DNA of 64,000 nt from the NCBI RefSeq assembly GCF_009834535.1, contig NC_045697.1:119104001-119168000 (forward strand). The letters are read 5' to 3'. The position numbers were made by a program, and so were the translations under genes. Origin of the DNA: Camelus ferus (taxonomy: Eukaryota). The notes beneath the pieces were generated by a model. That model ran no database searches, had not been told where the DNA came from, and worked only from the letters and a program-made list of their open reading frames with translations. Numbering within the stretch: position 1 is the first letter of the stretch; each line of letters starts with the position of its first letter. Below are positions 12,401-25,439 of the stretch, one piece after another.

Positions 12401-15400
12401 AGTGCCGGTTTGAAGTTCCTGCATTTATCACTGTAAAACCTAGTTGGAGCTATTACCTACCCATATATATGTATGGAGTGGAGTTTGCAACTGAAAAGAA
12501 ACTTTGTGTTTAAAACAAGCTAGGTGAGGGACGGCTTTCACACACACATATCCCTCAGAACTGAGCATGTGGAGAATCGTTCGTTCATCTAGCAAAAATT
12601 GAACGGGAGCCAGGAGAAACTTTTACTCTTGTTTCTCAGTGTGTTTCCCAGTGCCGGTTTGAAGTTCCTGCAGTTATAACTGTAATACCGTGTTGGAGCT
12701 AGTACCTCCCCATATATATGTATGGAGTGGAGTGTGCAACTGAAACGAAACTTTGTGTTCCCAACAAGCTAGGTGAAGAACGGCTTTAACAAACAATTAT
12801 CTCTCAGAACTGAGCATGTGGAGAGACGTTCGGTCATCTAGCACAAAGGGAACGATTTGCAGGGGAAAATTTTTACTCTGGTTTCAAAATTTGTTTCCTA
12901 GTGCCCCTTTGAAGTTCCTGCAGTTTTCACTGTAAAACCGAGTTGGATCTAGTACCTCCCAGTATATATGTACGGAGTGGAATTTGAAACTGAAAGAAAG
13001 TTTGTGTTCCCAACAAGCTAGGTGAAGGACGGCTTTCACACACACTTATCTTGCAGAACTGAGCATGTGGAGAGACGTTCGTTCATCAAGCACAAATGGA
13101 ACGGGATGCAGGAGAAACTATTACTCTGGTTTCTCAGTATGTTTCCTAGTGCCGGGTTTAAGTTCCTGCAGTTTTCACTGTAAAACAGATTTGGAGCTAG
13201 TACATCCCCATATATATGTATGGAGTGGAGTTTGAACCTGAAAAGAAACTTTGTGTTCCCAACAAGCTAGGTGAAGTATGGCTTCCACACACACTTATCT
13301 CTCAGAACTGTGCATGTGGAGAGACGTTCATTCATCTAGCACAAAGTGAACGGGTTACCGGAGAAACTTTTACTCTGGTTTCTCAGTGTGTTTCCCAGTG
13401 CCGTTTTGAAGTTCCTGCAGTTTTCACTGTAAAATTTATTTGGAGCTACTACCTACCCACATATATGTATGGAGTGGTGTTTGCAACTGAAAACAATCTT
13501 TGTGTTCCCAACAAGCTAAGTGAGGGACGGGTTTCACACACACTTATCTCTCAGATCTGAGCATGTGGAGAGACGTTCGTTCATATAGCACAAATGGAGT
13601 TGTTTGCAGGAGAAACTTTTTCTCTAGTTTTCAGTCTTTTCCTTTTGCTGGTTTGCAGTTCCTGCTGATTAACTGTAAAATCGTGTTGGAGCTAGTACCC
13701 CCTATATATATGTATGGATTGGAGTTTGCAACTGAAAATAAACTTTGTATTCCCAAAAAGTTATGTGAAGGACGGCTTTCAAAGACAATTATCTGTCAGA
13801 ACTGAGCATGTGGAGAGACGTTCGTTCATCTAGCACAAAGGGAACGGGTTGCAGGAGAAACATTTACTGTATTTTCTCAGTCTGTTTCCTAGTTCCGGTA
13901 TGAAATTCCTGCAGTTTTCACTGTAAAACCGAGTTGGAACTAGTACCTCCTCTTATATATGTATGGACTGGTGTTTGCAACTAAAAAGAAACTCTATATT
14001 CCCAACAAACTTGTTAAAGTACGGCTTTCACACACACGTATCTCTCAGAATATAGCATGTGGTGAGACGTTCGTTCATCTAGCACAAAGGGAACGGGTTA
14101 CAGGAGGAACTTTTACTCTGGAGTCTCAGTGTGTTTCCTAGTGCCGGTTTGAAGTTCCTGCATTTATCACTGTAAAACCTTGTTGGAGCTAGTACCTACC
14201 CATATATATGTATGGAGTGGTGTTTGCAACTGAAAAGAAGCTTTGTGTTCCAAACAAGTTAGGTGAGGGACGGCTTTTACACACACATATCTCTCAGAAC
14301 TGAGCATGTGGAGAGTCGTTCGTTCATCTAGCAAAAATTGAACGGGAGCCAGGAGAAACTTTTACTTTGGTTTCTCAGTGTGTTTCCCATTGCCGGTTTG
14401 AAGTTCCTGCAGTTATCACTGTAATACCGAGTTGGAGCTAGTACCTCCCCATATATATGTATGGAGTGGAGTGTGCAACTGAAATGAAACTTTGTGTTCC
14501 CAACAAGCTAGGTGAAGCACGGCTTTAACACACAATTATCTCTCAGAACTGTGCATGTGAAGAGACGTTTGGTCATCTAGCACAAAGGGAACGATTTGCA
14601 GGAGAAAATTTTTATTCTGGTTTCAAAATTTGTTTCCTAGTGCCCCTTTGAAGTTCCTGCAGTTTTCACTATAAAACCGAGTTGGATCTAGTACCTCCCA
14701 GTATATAAGTACGGAGTGGAATTTGAAACTGAAAGAAAGTTTGTGTTCCCAACAAGCTAGGTGAAGGAAGGCTTTCACACACACTTAGCTCTCAGAACTG
14801 AGCATGTGGAGAGAAGTTCGTTCATCAAGCACAAATGGAACGGGTTTCAGGAGAAACTTTTACACTGGTTTCTCTGTATGTTTCCTAGTGCCGGGTTGAA
14901 GTTCCTGCAGTTTTCACTGTAAAACAGATTTGGAGCTAGTACATCCCCATATATATGTATGGAGTGGAGTTTGAACCTGAAAAGAATCTTTGTGTTCCCA
15001 ACAAGCTAGGTGAAGTATGGCTTCCACACACACTAATCTCTCAGAACTGAGCATGTGGAGAGACGTTCGTTCATCTAGCACAAAGTGAACGGGTTACCGG
15101 AGAAACTTTTACTCTGGTTTCTCAGTGTGTTTCCCAGTGCCGGCTTGAAGTTCCTGCCGTTTTTCACTGTAAAACTTATTTGGAGCTACTACCTACCCAC
15201 ATATATGTATGGATTGGTGTTTTCAACTGAAAACAATCTTTGGATTCCCAACAAGCTAAGTGAGGGACGGCTTTCACACACACTTATCTCTCAGATCTGA
15301 GCATGTGGAGAGACATTCGTTCATATAGCACAAATGGAGTTGTTTGCAGGAGAAACTTTTTCTCTAGTTTTCAGTCTTTTCCCTTTTGCCGGTTTGCAGT

Positions 15401-18400
15401 TCCTGCTGATTAACTGTAAAATCGTGTTGGAGCTAGTACCCCCTATATATATGTATGGATTGGAGTTTGCAACTGAAAAGAAACTTTGTGTTCCCAACAA
15501 GTTATGTGAAGGATGGCTTTCACAGACAATTATCTCTCAGAACTGAGCATGTGGAGAGACGTTCGTTCATCTAGCACAAAGGGAACGGGTTGCAGGAGAG
15601 AAACATTTACAGTATTTTTTCAGTCTGTTTCCTAGTTCTGGTATGAAATTCCTGCAGTTTTCAATGTAAAACCGGGTTGGAACTAGTAAATCCCCTTATA
15701 TAAGTATGGACTGGAGTTTGCAACTAAAAAAAACACTGTATCCCCAACAAACTTGTTAAAGTTCGGCATTCAATCACACGTATCTCTCAGAATTTAGCAT
15801 GTGGAGAGACGTTCGTTCATCTAGCACAAAGGGAACGCGTTACAGGAGGAACTTTTACTCTGGATTCTCAGTGAGTTTCCTAGTACCGGTTTGAAGTTCC
15901 TGCATTTATCACTGTAAAACCTAGTTGGAGCTAGTACCTACCCATATATATGTATGGAGTGGAGTGTGCAACTGAAAAGAAACTTTGTGTTCCAAACAAG
16001 CTAGGTGAGGGACGGCTTTCACACACACATATCTCTCAGAACTGAGCATGTGGAGAGTCGTTCGTTCATCTAGCAAAAATTGAACGGGAGCCAGGAGAAA
16101 CTTTTACTCTGGTTTCTCAGTGTGTTTCCCAGTGCCGGTTTGAAGTTCCTGCAGTTATAACTGTAATACCGAGTTGGAGCTAGTACCTCCCCCATATATA
16201 TGTATGGAGTGGTGTGTGCAACTTAAACGAAACTTTGTGTTCCCAACAAGCTAGGTGAAGAACGGCTTTAACACACAATTATCTCTCAGAACTGAGCATG
16301 TGGAGAGACGTTCGGTCATCTAGCACAAAAGGAACGTTTTGCAGGAGAAAATTTTTACTCTGGTTTCAAAATTTGTTTCCGAGTGCCCCTTTGAAGTTCC
16401 TGCACTTTTCACTGTAAAACCGAGTTGGATCTATTACCTCCCAGTATATATGCATGGAATGGAATTTGAAACTGAAAGAAAGTTTGTGTTCCCAACAAGC
16501 TAGGTGAAGGACGGCTTTCACACACACTTATCTCTCAGAACTGAGCATGTGGAGAGACGTTCGTTCATCAAGCACAAATGGAACGGGTTGCAGGAGAATT
16601 TTTTACTCTGGTTTCTCAGTATGTTTCCTATTGCCGGGTTGAAGTTCCTGCAGTTTTCACTGTAAAACAGATTTGGAGCTAGTACATCCCCTTATATATG
16701 TATGGAGTGGAGTTTGAACCTGAAAAGAAACTTTGTGTTCCCAACAAACTAGGTGAATTATGGCTTCCACACACACTTGTCTCTCAGAACTGAGCATGTG
16801 GAGAGACGTGCGTTCATCTAGCACAAAGTGAACGGGTTACCGGTGAAACTTTTACTCTGGTTTCTCAGTGTGTTTCCCAGTGCCGGCTTGAAGTTCCTGC
16901 AGTTTTCACTGTAAAACTTATTTGGAGCTACTACCTACCCACATATATGTATGGATTGGTGTTTTCAACTGAAAACAATCTTTGGGTTCCCAACAAGCTA
17001 AGTGAGGGACGGCTTTCACACACACTTATCTCTCAGATCTGAGCATGTGGAGAGACATTCGTTCATATAGCACAAATGGAGTGGTTTGCAGGAGAAACTT
17101 TTTCTCTAGTTTTCAGTCTTTTCCTTTTGCCGGTTTGCAGTTCCTGCTGATTAACTGTAAAATCGTGTTGGAGCTAGTACCCCCTATGTATATGTATGGT
17201 TGGAGTTTGTAACTGAAAAGAAACTTTGTGTTCCCAACAAGTTATGTGAAGGACGGCTTTCACAGAAAATTATCTCTCAGAACTGAGCATGTGGAGAGAC
17301 GTTCGTTCATCTAGCACAAAGGGAACGGGTTGCAGGAGAAACATTTACAGTATTTTTTCAGTCTGTTTCCTAGTTCCGGTATGAAATTCCTGCAGTTTTC
17401 AATGTAAAACCGAGTTGGAACTAGTAAATCCCCTTATATAAGTATGGACTGGAGTTTGCAACTAAAAAGAAACTCTGTATCCCCAACAAACTTGGTAAAG
17501 TTCGGCATTCAAACACACGTATCTCTCAGAATTTAGCATGTGGAGAGACGTTCGTTCATCTAGCACAAAGGGAACGCGTTACAGGAGGAACTTTTACTCT
17601 GGATTCTCAGTGAGTTTCCTAGTACCGGTTTGAAGTTCCTGCATTTATCACTGTAAAACCTAGTTGAAGCTAGTACCTACCCATATATATGTATGGAGTG
17701 GAGTTTGCAACTGAAAAGAAACTTTGTGTTCCAAACAAGCTAGGTGAGGGACGGCTTTCACACACACATATCTCTCAGAACTGAGCATGTGGAGAGTCGT
17801 TCGTTCATCTAGCAAAAATTGAACGGGAGCCAGGAGAAACTTTTACTCTGGTTTCTCAGTGTGTTTCCCAGTGCCGGTTTGAAGTTCCTGCAGTTATAAC
17901 TGTAATACCGAGTTGGAGCTAGTACCTCCCCATATATATTTATGGATTGGTGTGTGCAACTTAAACGAAACTTTGTGTTCCCAACAAGCTAGGTGAAGAA
18001 CGGCTTTAACACACAATTATCTCTCAGAACTGAGCATGTTGAGAGACGTTCGTTCATCTAGCACAAAGGAAACTTTTTGCAGGAGAAAATTTTTACTCTG
18101 GTTTCAAAATTTGTTTCCTAGTGCCCCTTTGAAGTTCCTGCACTTTTCACTGTAAAACCGAGTTGGATCTATTACCTCCCAGTATATATGTACGGAATGG
18201 AATTTGAAACTGAAAGAAAGTTTGTGTTCCCAACAAGCTAGGTGAAGGACGGCTTTCACACACACTTATCTCTCAGAACTGAGCATATGGAGAGACGTTC
18301 GTAAATCAAGCACAAATGGAACGGGTTGCAGGAGAATCTTTTACTCTGGTTTCTCAGTATGTTTCCTAGTGCCGGGTTGAAGTTCCTGCAGTTTTCACTG

Positions 18401-18496
18401 TAAAACAGATTTGGAGCTAGTACATCCCCATATATATGTATGGAGTGGAGTTTGAACCTGAAAAGAAACTTTGTGTTCCCAACAAGCTAGGTGAAG
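5561..18496 (+). repeat. 26-monomer (~6,463-bp) tandem duplication: ~5561-12023 and ~12024-18496
   Basis: Identical pseudo-ORFs sit at a constant offset of 6463 (6753/13216, 7100/13563, 7496/13959). The junction at ~12000-12030 breaks HOR order (C followed by B). Confidence 0.93.
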
Positions 18497-21400
18497 TATG
18501 GCTTCCACACACACTTGTCTCTCAGAACTGAGCATATGGAGAGACGTTCGTTCATCTAGCACAAAGTGAACGGGTTACCGGAGAAACTTTTACTCTGGTT
18601 TCTCAGTGTGTTTCCCAGTGCCGTTTTGAAGTTCCTGCAGTTTTCACTGTAAAACCTATTTGGAGCTACTACCTACCCACATATATGTATGGAGTGGTGT
18701 TTGCAACTGAAAACAATCTTTGTGTTCCCAACAAGCTAAGTGAGGGACGGCTTTCACACACAATTATCTCTCAGATCTCAGCATGTGGAGAGACGTTCGT
18801 TCATATAGCACAAATGGAGTGGTTTGCAGGAGAAACTTTTTCTCTAGTTTTCAGTCTTTTCCTTTTGCCGGTTTGCAGTTCCTGCTGATTAACTGTAAAA
18901 TCGTGTTGGAGCTAGTACCCCCTATATATATGTATGGATTGGAGTTTGCAACTGAAAAGAAACTTTGTGTTCCCAACAAGTTATGTGAAGGACGGCTTTC
19001 AAAGACAATTATCTCTCAGAACTGAGCATGTGGAGAGACGTTCGTTCATCTAGCACAAAGGGAACGGAATGCAGGAGAAACATTTACTGTATTTTCTCAG
19101 TCTGTTCCTAGTTCCGGTATGAAATTCCTGCAGTTTTCACTGTAAAACCGAGTTGGAACTAGTACCTCCCCTTATATATGTATGGACTGGAGTTTGCAAC
19201 TAAAAAGAAACTGTGTATTCCCAACAAACTTGGTAAAGTACGGCTTTCACCCACACATATCCCTCAGAACTTGAGCATGTGGAGAGTCGTTCGTTCATCT
19301 AGCAAAAATTGAACGGGAGCCAGGAGAAACTTTTACTCTGGTTTCTCAGTGTGTTTCCCATTGCCGGTTTGAAGTTCCTGCAGTTATCACTGTAATACCG
19401 ATTTGGAGCTAGTACCTACCCATATATATGTATGGAGTGGAGTGTGCAACTGAAAAGAAACTTTGTGTTCCCAACATGCTAGTTGAAGGACGGCTTTCAC
19501 ACACACTTATCTCTCAGAACTGAGTATGTGGAGAGACGTTCGTTCATCTAGCACAAAGGGAATGGTTTGCAGGTGTTTCTTTTTCTCTGGTTTTCAGACT
19601 GTTTCATAGTGCCGGTTTAAGTTCCTGCAGATTCACTGTAAAACCGAGTTGGATCTAGTACCTCCCTTATATATGTATGGAGTGGATTTTGCAACTGAAA
19701 AAAAACTGTGTGTTCCCAACAAGCTAGGTGAAGGATGGCTTTCACACACACTTATCTCTCAGATCTGAGCGTGTGGAGATATTATCGTTCATCTAGCACA
19801 AATGGAACGGGTTGAAGGAGAAACTTTTACTGTGGTTTCTCAGTCTGTTTCCTAGTGCCGTTTGAAGATCCTGTAGTTTTCACTGTATAACTCAGTTGGA
19901 GCTAGTACCTACACATATATATATATGGAGTGGTTTTTGCATCTTTAAAGAAACATTGTGGTCCCAACAAGATAGGTGAAGGACGGCTTCACACACACGT
20001 ATGTCTCAGAAATGAGCATGTGGAGAGACGTTCATTCATTTAGCATAAAGGAAACGGGTTCCATGAGAAATTTTACTCTGGTTCCTCAGTCTGTTTCCTA
20101 GTGCCGGTTTGATTTTCCTGCAGAATTCACTGTAAAACATATTTAGAGCTGGTCCCTCCCCATATATATGTATGGATTGGAGTTTGTAACTGAAAAGAAT
20201 CTTTGTGATCCCAGAAATCTAGGGGAAGTACGGCTTTCACATACACTTATCTCTCAGATCTGAGCATGTGGAGAGACGTTCGTTCATCTAGCACAAATGG
20301 ATTGGTTTGCAGTATAAACTTTTACTCTAATTTTCAGTCTGTTTCCTTGTGCCAGTTTGAAGTTCCTGCAGATTAAACTGTAAAATCGAGTTGGAGCTAT
20401 TACCCCCTATATATATATATGGATTGGAGTTTGCAAATGAAAAGAATCTCTGTGTTCCCAACAAGTTATGTGAATGACGGCTATCACAGACAAATATCTC
20501 TCAGAACTTAGCATGTGGAGTGACATTCGTTCATCTAGCACAAAGGGAACGGGTTGCAGGAGAAACTTTTTCTCTGGTTTCTCATTCTGTTTCCTAGTTC
20601 CGGTATGAAATTCCTGCAGTTTTCACTGTAAAACCGATTTGGAGCTTGTACATCCTCTTATACACGTATGGATTGGAGTTTGCAGCTAAAAAGAAACTTT
20701 TTGTTCCCAACAAGCTTGTTTAAGTACGGCTTTCACACACGCTTATCTCTCAGAACTGAGCATGTGGACAGACGTTCGTTCATCTAGCACAAAGGAAATG
20801 GTTTGCCGGAGAAACTTTTTCTCTGGTTTCTCAGTATGTTTCCTAGTGCCAGTTTGAAGTTCCTGCAGTTTTCACTGTCAAACTGATTTGGAGCTAATAC
20901 CTACCCATATATATGTATGGATTGGAGTTTGCACCTGAAAATGAACTTTGTGTTCCAAACAAGCTAGGTGAAGTACGGCTTTCACACACAATTATCTTTC
21001 AGTACTCAGCATGTGGAGAGTCGTTGGTTCATGTAGCACAAATTGAACCGGTTGCAGGAGAAATTTTTACTCTGGTTTTCAGTCTGTTTCCTATTGCCGG
21101 TTTGAAGTTCCAGCAGATTCAATGTAAAATCTATTTGGAGCTAGTACCTCCCTCTATAAATGTATGGATTGGAGATTGCAACTTAAAAAAATCTTTGTGT
21201 TCCCAAAAAAATAGGTGAAGGACGGCTTTCACACACACTTATCTCTCAGAACTGAGCATGTGGAGAGACTATATTTCATCTAGCACAAAGGTAACGGGTT
21301 GCAGGAGAAACTTTTACTGTGGTTTCTCAGTCTGTTTCCTAGTGCCCGTTTGAACTTCCTGCAGTTATCACTGTAAAACTCAGTTGGAGCTAGTACCTAC

Positions 21401-22699
21401 ACATATATATGTATGGAGTGGTGATTGCATCTTAAAGAAACATTTTGGTCCCAACAAGATATTTGAAGTACGGATTCACACACACGTATCTATCAGAAAT
21501 TAGCATGTGGAGAGACGTTCGTTCATTTAGCAAAAAGGGAATGTGTTGCAGGATAGACTTTTACTCTGCTTTCTCAGTATGTTTCCTGGTGCCGATTTTG
21601 TAGTTCCTGAAGTTTTCACTGTAAAACCGAGTTGGAGCTAGTCTCTCCCCATATATATGTATGGAGTGGATTTTGCATCTGAAAAGAAACTTTGTATTCC
21701 GAACAAGCTAGGTGAAGGAAGGCTTTCACACACACATATCTCTCAGAATTTAGCATGTGGAGAGACTTTCGTTCATCTAGCACAAAGGGAACGGGTTACA
21801 GGAGGAACTTTTACTCTGGATTCTCAGTGCGTTTCGTAGTGCCGGTTTGAATTTCCTGCATTTATCACTGTAAAACCTAGTTGGAGCTATTACCTACCCA
21901 TATATATGTATGGAGTGGAGTTTGCAACTGAAAAGAAACTTTGTGTTCCAAACAACCTAGGTGAGGGACGGCTTTCACACAAACTGATCTCTCAGAACTG
22001 AGCATGTGGAGAGACATTCGTTCATCTAGCAGAAAAAGAACGGTTTTCAGGAGAAACTTTTACTCTGGTTTCTCACTCAATTTCCTAGTTCCGGTATGAA
22101 ATTCCTGCAGTTTTCACTGTAAAAAAGAGTTGGAGCTAGTACCTCCCCTTATATACGTATGGATTGGAGTTTGCAACTAAAAAGAAACTTTGTGTTCACA
22201 ACATGCTTGTTGAAGTACGGCTTTCACACACACTTATCTCTCAGAACTGAGCATGTGGACAGACGTTCGTTCATCTAGCACAAAGGATATTGTTTGCCGG
22301 AGAAACTTTTTCTCTGGTTTCTCAGTATGTTTCCTAGTGCCGGTTTTAAGTTCCTGCAGTTTTCAATGTCAAACTGAGTTGGAGCTAATACCTCCCCATA
22401 TATATATATGGATTGGATATTGCACCTGAAAAGAAACTTTGTTTTCCCAACAAGCTAGGTGAAGGATGGCTTTCACACACACTTTTCTCTCAGAAATGAG
22501 CATGTGGAAAGTCGTTCGTTCATCTAGCAAAAATTGAGCAGGAGCCAGGAGAATCTTTTACTCTGGTTTCTCAGTGTGTTTCCCAGTGCCGGTTTGAAGT
22601 TCCTGCAGTTATCACTGTAATACAGATTTGGAGCTAGTACCTACCCAAATATATGTATGGAGTGAAGTGTGCAACTGAAAAGAAACTTTGTGTTCCCAA

Positions 22700-25430
22700 C
22701 ATGCTAGTTGAAGGATGGCTTTCACACACAATTTTCTCTCAGATCTTAGCATGTGGAGAGACATTCGTTCATCTAGCAGAAAAAGAACTGTATTCAGGAG
22801 AAACTATTACTCTCATTTCTCAGTCTGTTTCCTAGTGCGGGATGGAAGTTCCTTCAGTTTTCACGGTAAAATCGATTGGGATCTAGTACCTCCCCATATT
22901 TATGTATGGAGTGGTTTTAGCAACTGAAAAGAAACTTTGGGTTCCCAACAAGCTAGGTGAAGGACGGCTTTCACACACAATTTTCTCTCAGATCTTAGCA
23001 TGTGGAGAGACGTTCGTTCATCTAGCACAAATGGAGTGGTTTGCAGGGGAAACTTTTATTCTGGTTTTCAGTCTGTTTCCAAGTGCCGGTTTGAAATTCC
23101 TGCAGTTTTCACTTTAAACCGAGTTGGAGCTAATACCTCCACGTATGTATTTATGGAGTGGGGTTTGCAACTGAAAAGAAACTTTGTGTTCCCATCAAAC
23201 TAGGTGATGGGCAGTTTTCGCACACACTTATCTCTCTGAAATGAGCATGTGCAGAGACGTTCGTTCATCTAGCAAAAATGGAACGGGTTGCAGGAGAATC
23301 TTTTACTGTGGTTTCCCAGTCTGTTTCCTAGTGTCGGTTGGACGTTCCTGCAGTTTTCACTGTAAAATAGATTTGGAGCTAGTACCTCCATATATATATG
23401 TATGGAGTGGATTTAACAACTGAAAAGAAACTTTGTGTTCCCAACAAGCTAGGTGAAAGACGTCTTTCACACACACGTATCTCTCAGATCTGAACATGTG
23501 GAGAGACGTTGGTTCATTTAGCACAAATGGAGTGGTTTGCAGGAGAAACTTTTTCTCTAGTTTTTCAGTCTGTTTCCTCGTGCAGTTTTAAAGTTCCTGC
23601 AGATTCACTGTAAAATATTTTAGGAGCTAGTACCACCCTATATATATGTATGGATTGGAGTTTGCAACTGTAAAGAAACTTTGTGTTCCCAAAAGTTATG
23701 TGAAGGACGGCTTTCACAGTCAATTATCTCTCAGAACTGAGCATGTGGAGAGACGTTCGTTCATCTAGCACAAAGGGAACGGGTTGCAGGAGAAACTTTT
23801 ACTCTGTTTTCTCCGTCTGTTTCCTAGTTCCGGTGTGTAATTCATGCAGTTTTCACTGTAAAACCGAATTGGAGCTAGTACCTCCCCTTATATAGTTATG
23901 GATTTGAGTTTGCAACTAAATAGAAAATTTGTGTTCCCAACAAGCTAGGTGAAGAACGGCTTTCACACACACATATCTCTCAGAACTGAGCATGTTAACA
24001 GACTTTCGTTCATCAAGCACAAAGGAAACGGGTTACCGGAGGAACATTTTCTCTTGTTTCTCAGTAAGTTTCCTAGTGCCGGTTTGAAGTTCCTGCAGTT
24101 TTTACTGTCAATCTGAGTTTTAGCTAATACATCCCCATATAAATATATGGAGTGGTGTTTGCACCTGAAAAGAAACTTTGTGTTCCCAACATGCTAGGTG
24201 AAGGATGGCTTTCACACACAATTTTCTCTCAGATCTTAGCATGTGGAGAGACATTCGTTCATCTAGCAGAAAAAGAACTGTATTCAGGAGAAACTATTAC
24301 TCTCATTTCTCAGTCTGTTTCCTAGTGCGGGATGGAAGTTCCTTCAGTTTTCACGGTAAAATCGATTGGGATCTAGTACCTCCCCATATTTATGTATGGA
24401 GTGGATTTAGCAACTGAAAAGAAACTTTGGGTTCCCAACAAGCTTGGTGAAGGACGGCTTTCACACACAATTTTCTCTCAGATCTTAGCATGTGGAGAGA
24501 TGTTCGTTCATCTAGCACAAATGGAGTGGTTTGCAGGGGAAACTTTTATTCTGGTTTTCAGTCTGTTTCCAAGTGCCGGTTTGAAATTCCTGCAGTTTTC
24601 ACTTTAAACCGAGTTGGAGCTAATACCTCCACGTATGTATGTATGGAGTGGGGTTTGCAACTGAAAAGAAACTTTGTGTTCCCATCAAACTAGGTGATGG
24701 ACAGCTTTCGCACACACTTATCTCTCGGAAATGAGCATGTGCAGAGACGTTCGTTCATCTAGCAAAAATGGAACGGGTTGCAGGAGAATCTTTTACTGTG
24801 TTTTCCCAGTCTGTTTCCTAGTGTCGGTTGGACGTTCCTGCAGTTTTCACTGTAAAATAGATTTGGAGCCAGTACCTCCATATATATATGTATGGAGTGG
24901 ATTTAACAACTGAAAAGAAACTTTGTGTTCCCAACAAGCTAGGTGAAAGACGTCTTTCACACACACGTATCTCTCAGATCTGAACATGTGGAGAGACGTA
25001 GGTTCATTAGCACAAATGGAGTGGTTTGCAGGAGAAACTTTTTCTCTAGTTTTCAGTCTGTTTCCTCGTGCAGTTTTGAAGTTCCTGCAGATTCACTGTA
25101 AAATATTTTTGGAGCTAGTACCACCCTATATATATGTATGGATTGGAGTTTGCAACTGTAAAGAAACTTTGTGTTCCCAAAAAGTTATGTGAAGGACGGC
25201 TTTCACAGTCAATTATCTCTCAGAACTGAGCATGTGGAGAGACGTTCGTTCATCTAGCACAAAGGAAACGGGTTACCGGAGGAACATTTCCTCTTGTTTC
25301 TCAGTAAGTTTCCTAGTGCCGGTTTGAAGTTCCTGCAGTTTTTACTTTCAATATGAGTTTTAGCTAATACATCCCCATATAAATGTATGGAGTGGTGTTT
25401 GTACCTGAAAAGAAACTTTGTGTTCCCAAC
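22700..25430 (+). repeat. 6-monomer (~1,490-bp) tandem duplication, second copy lacking one monomer; paralog at ~45773-48505
   Basis: Offsets of 1490 at 22715/24205, 23000/24490 and 23241/24731, and 1491 at 45788/47279. The monomer with CCGGTGTGTAATTCATGC (~23830) is absent from the second copy. Confidence 0.9.
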
Positions 25431-25439
25431 AAACTAGGT

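Larger units (their letters stand above)
248..19480 (+). repeat. Higher-order repeat domain 1: 7-monomer HOR (~1,739 bp) with length variants
   Basis: Seven diagnostic monomer types recur in fixed order: A (AATTGAACGGGAGCC), B (TTTCAAAATTTG..GCCCCTTTG), C (CATCAAGCACAAATGG), D (AAAGTGAACGGGTTACCGG), E (CATATAGCAC..TTTTCCTTTTGC), F (AAACATTTAC..CGGTATGAAA), G (GTTACAGGAGGAAC..GGATTCTCAG). E-type pseudo-ORF starts are 2876/4615 (1739 apart) and 7100/8840/10578 (1740, 1738). Confidence 0.95.
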
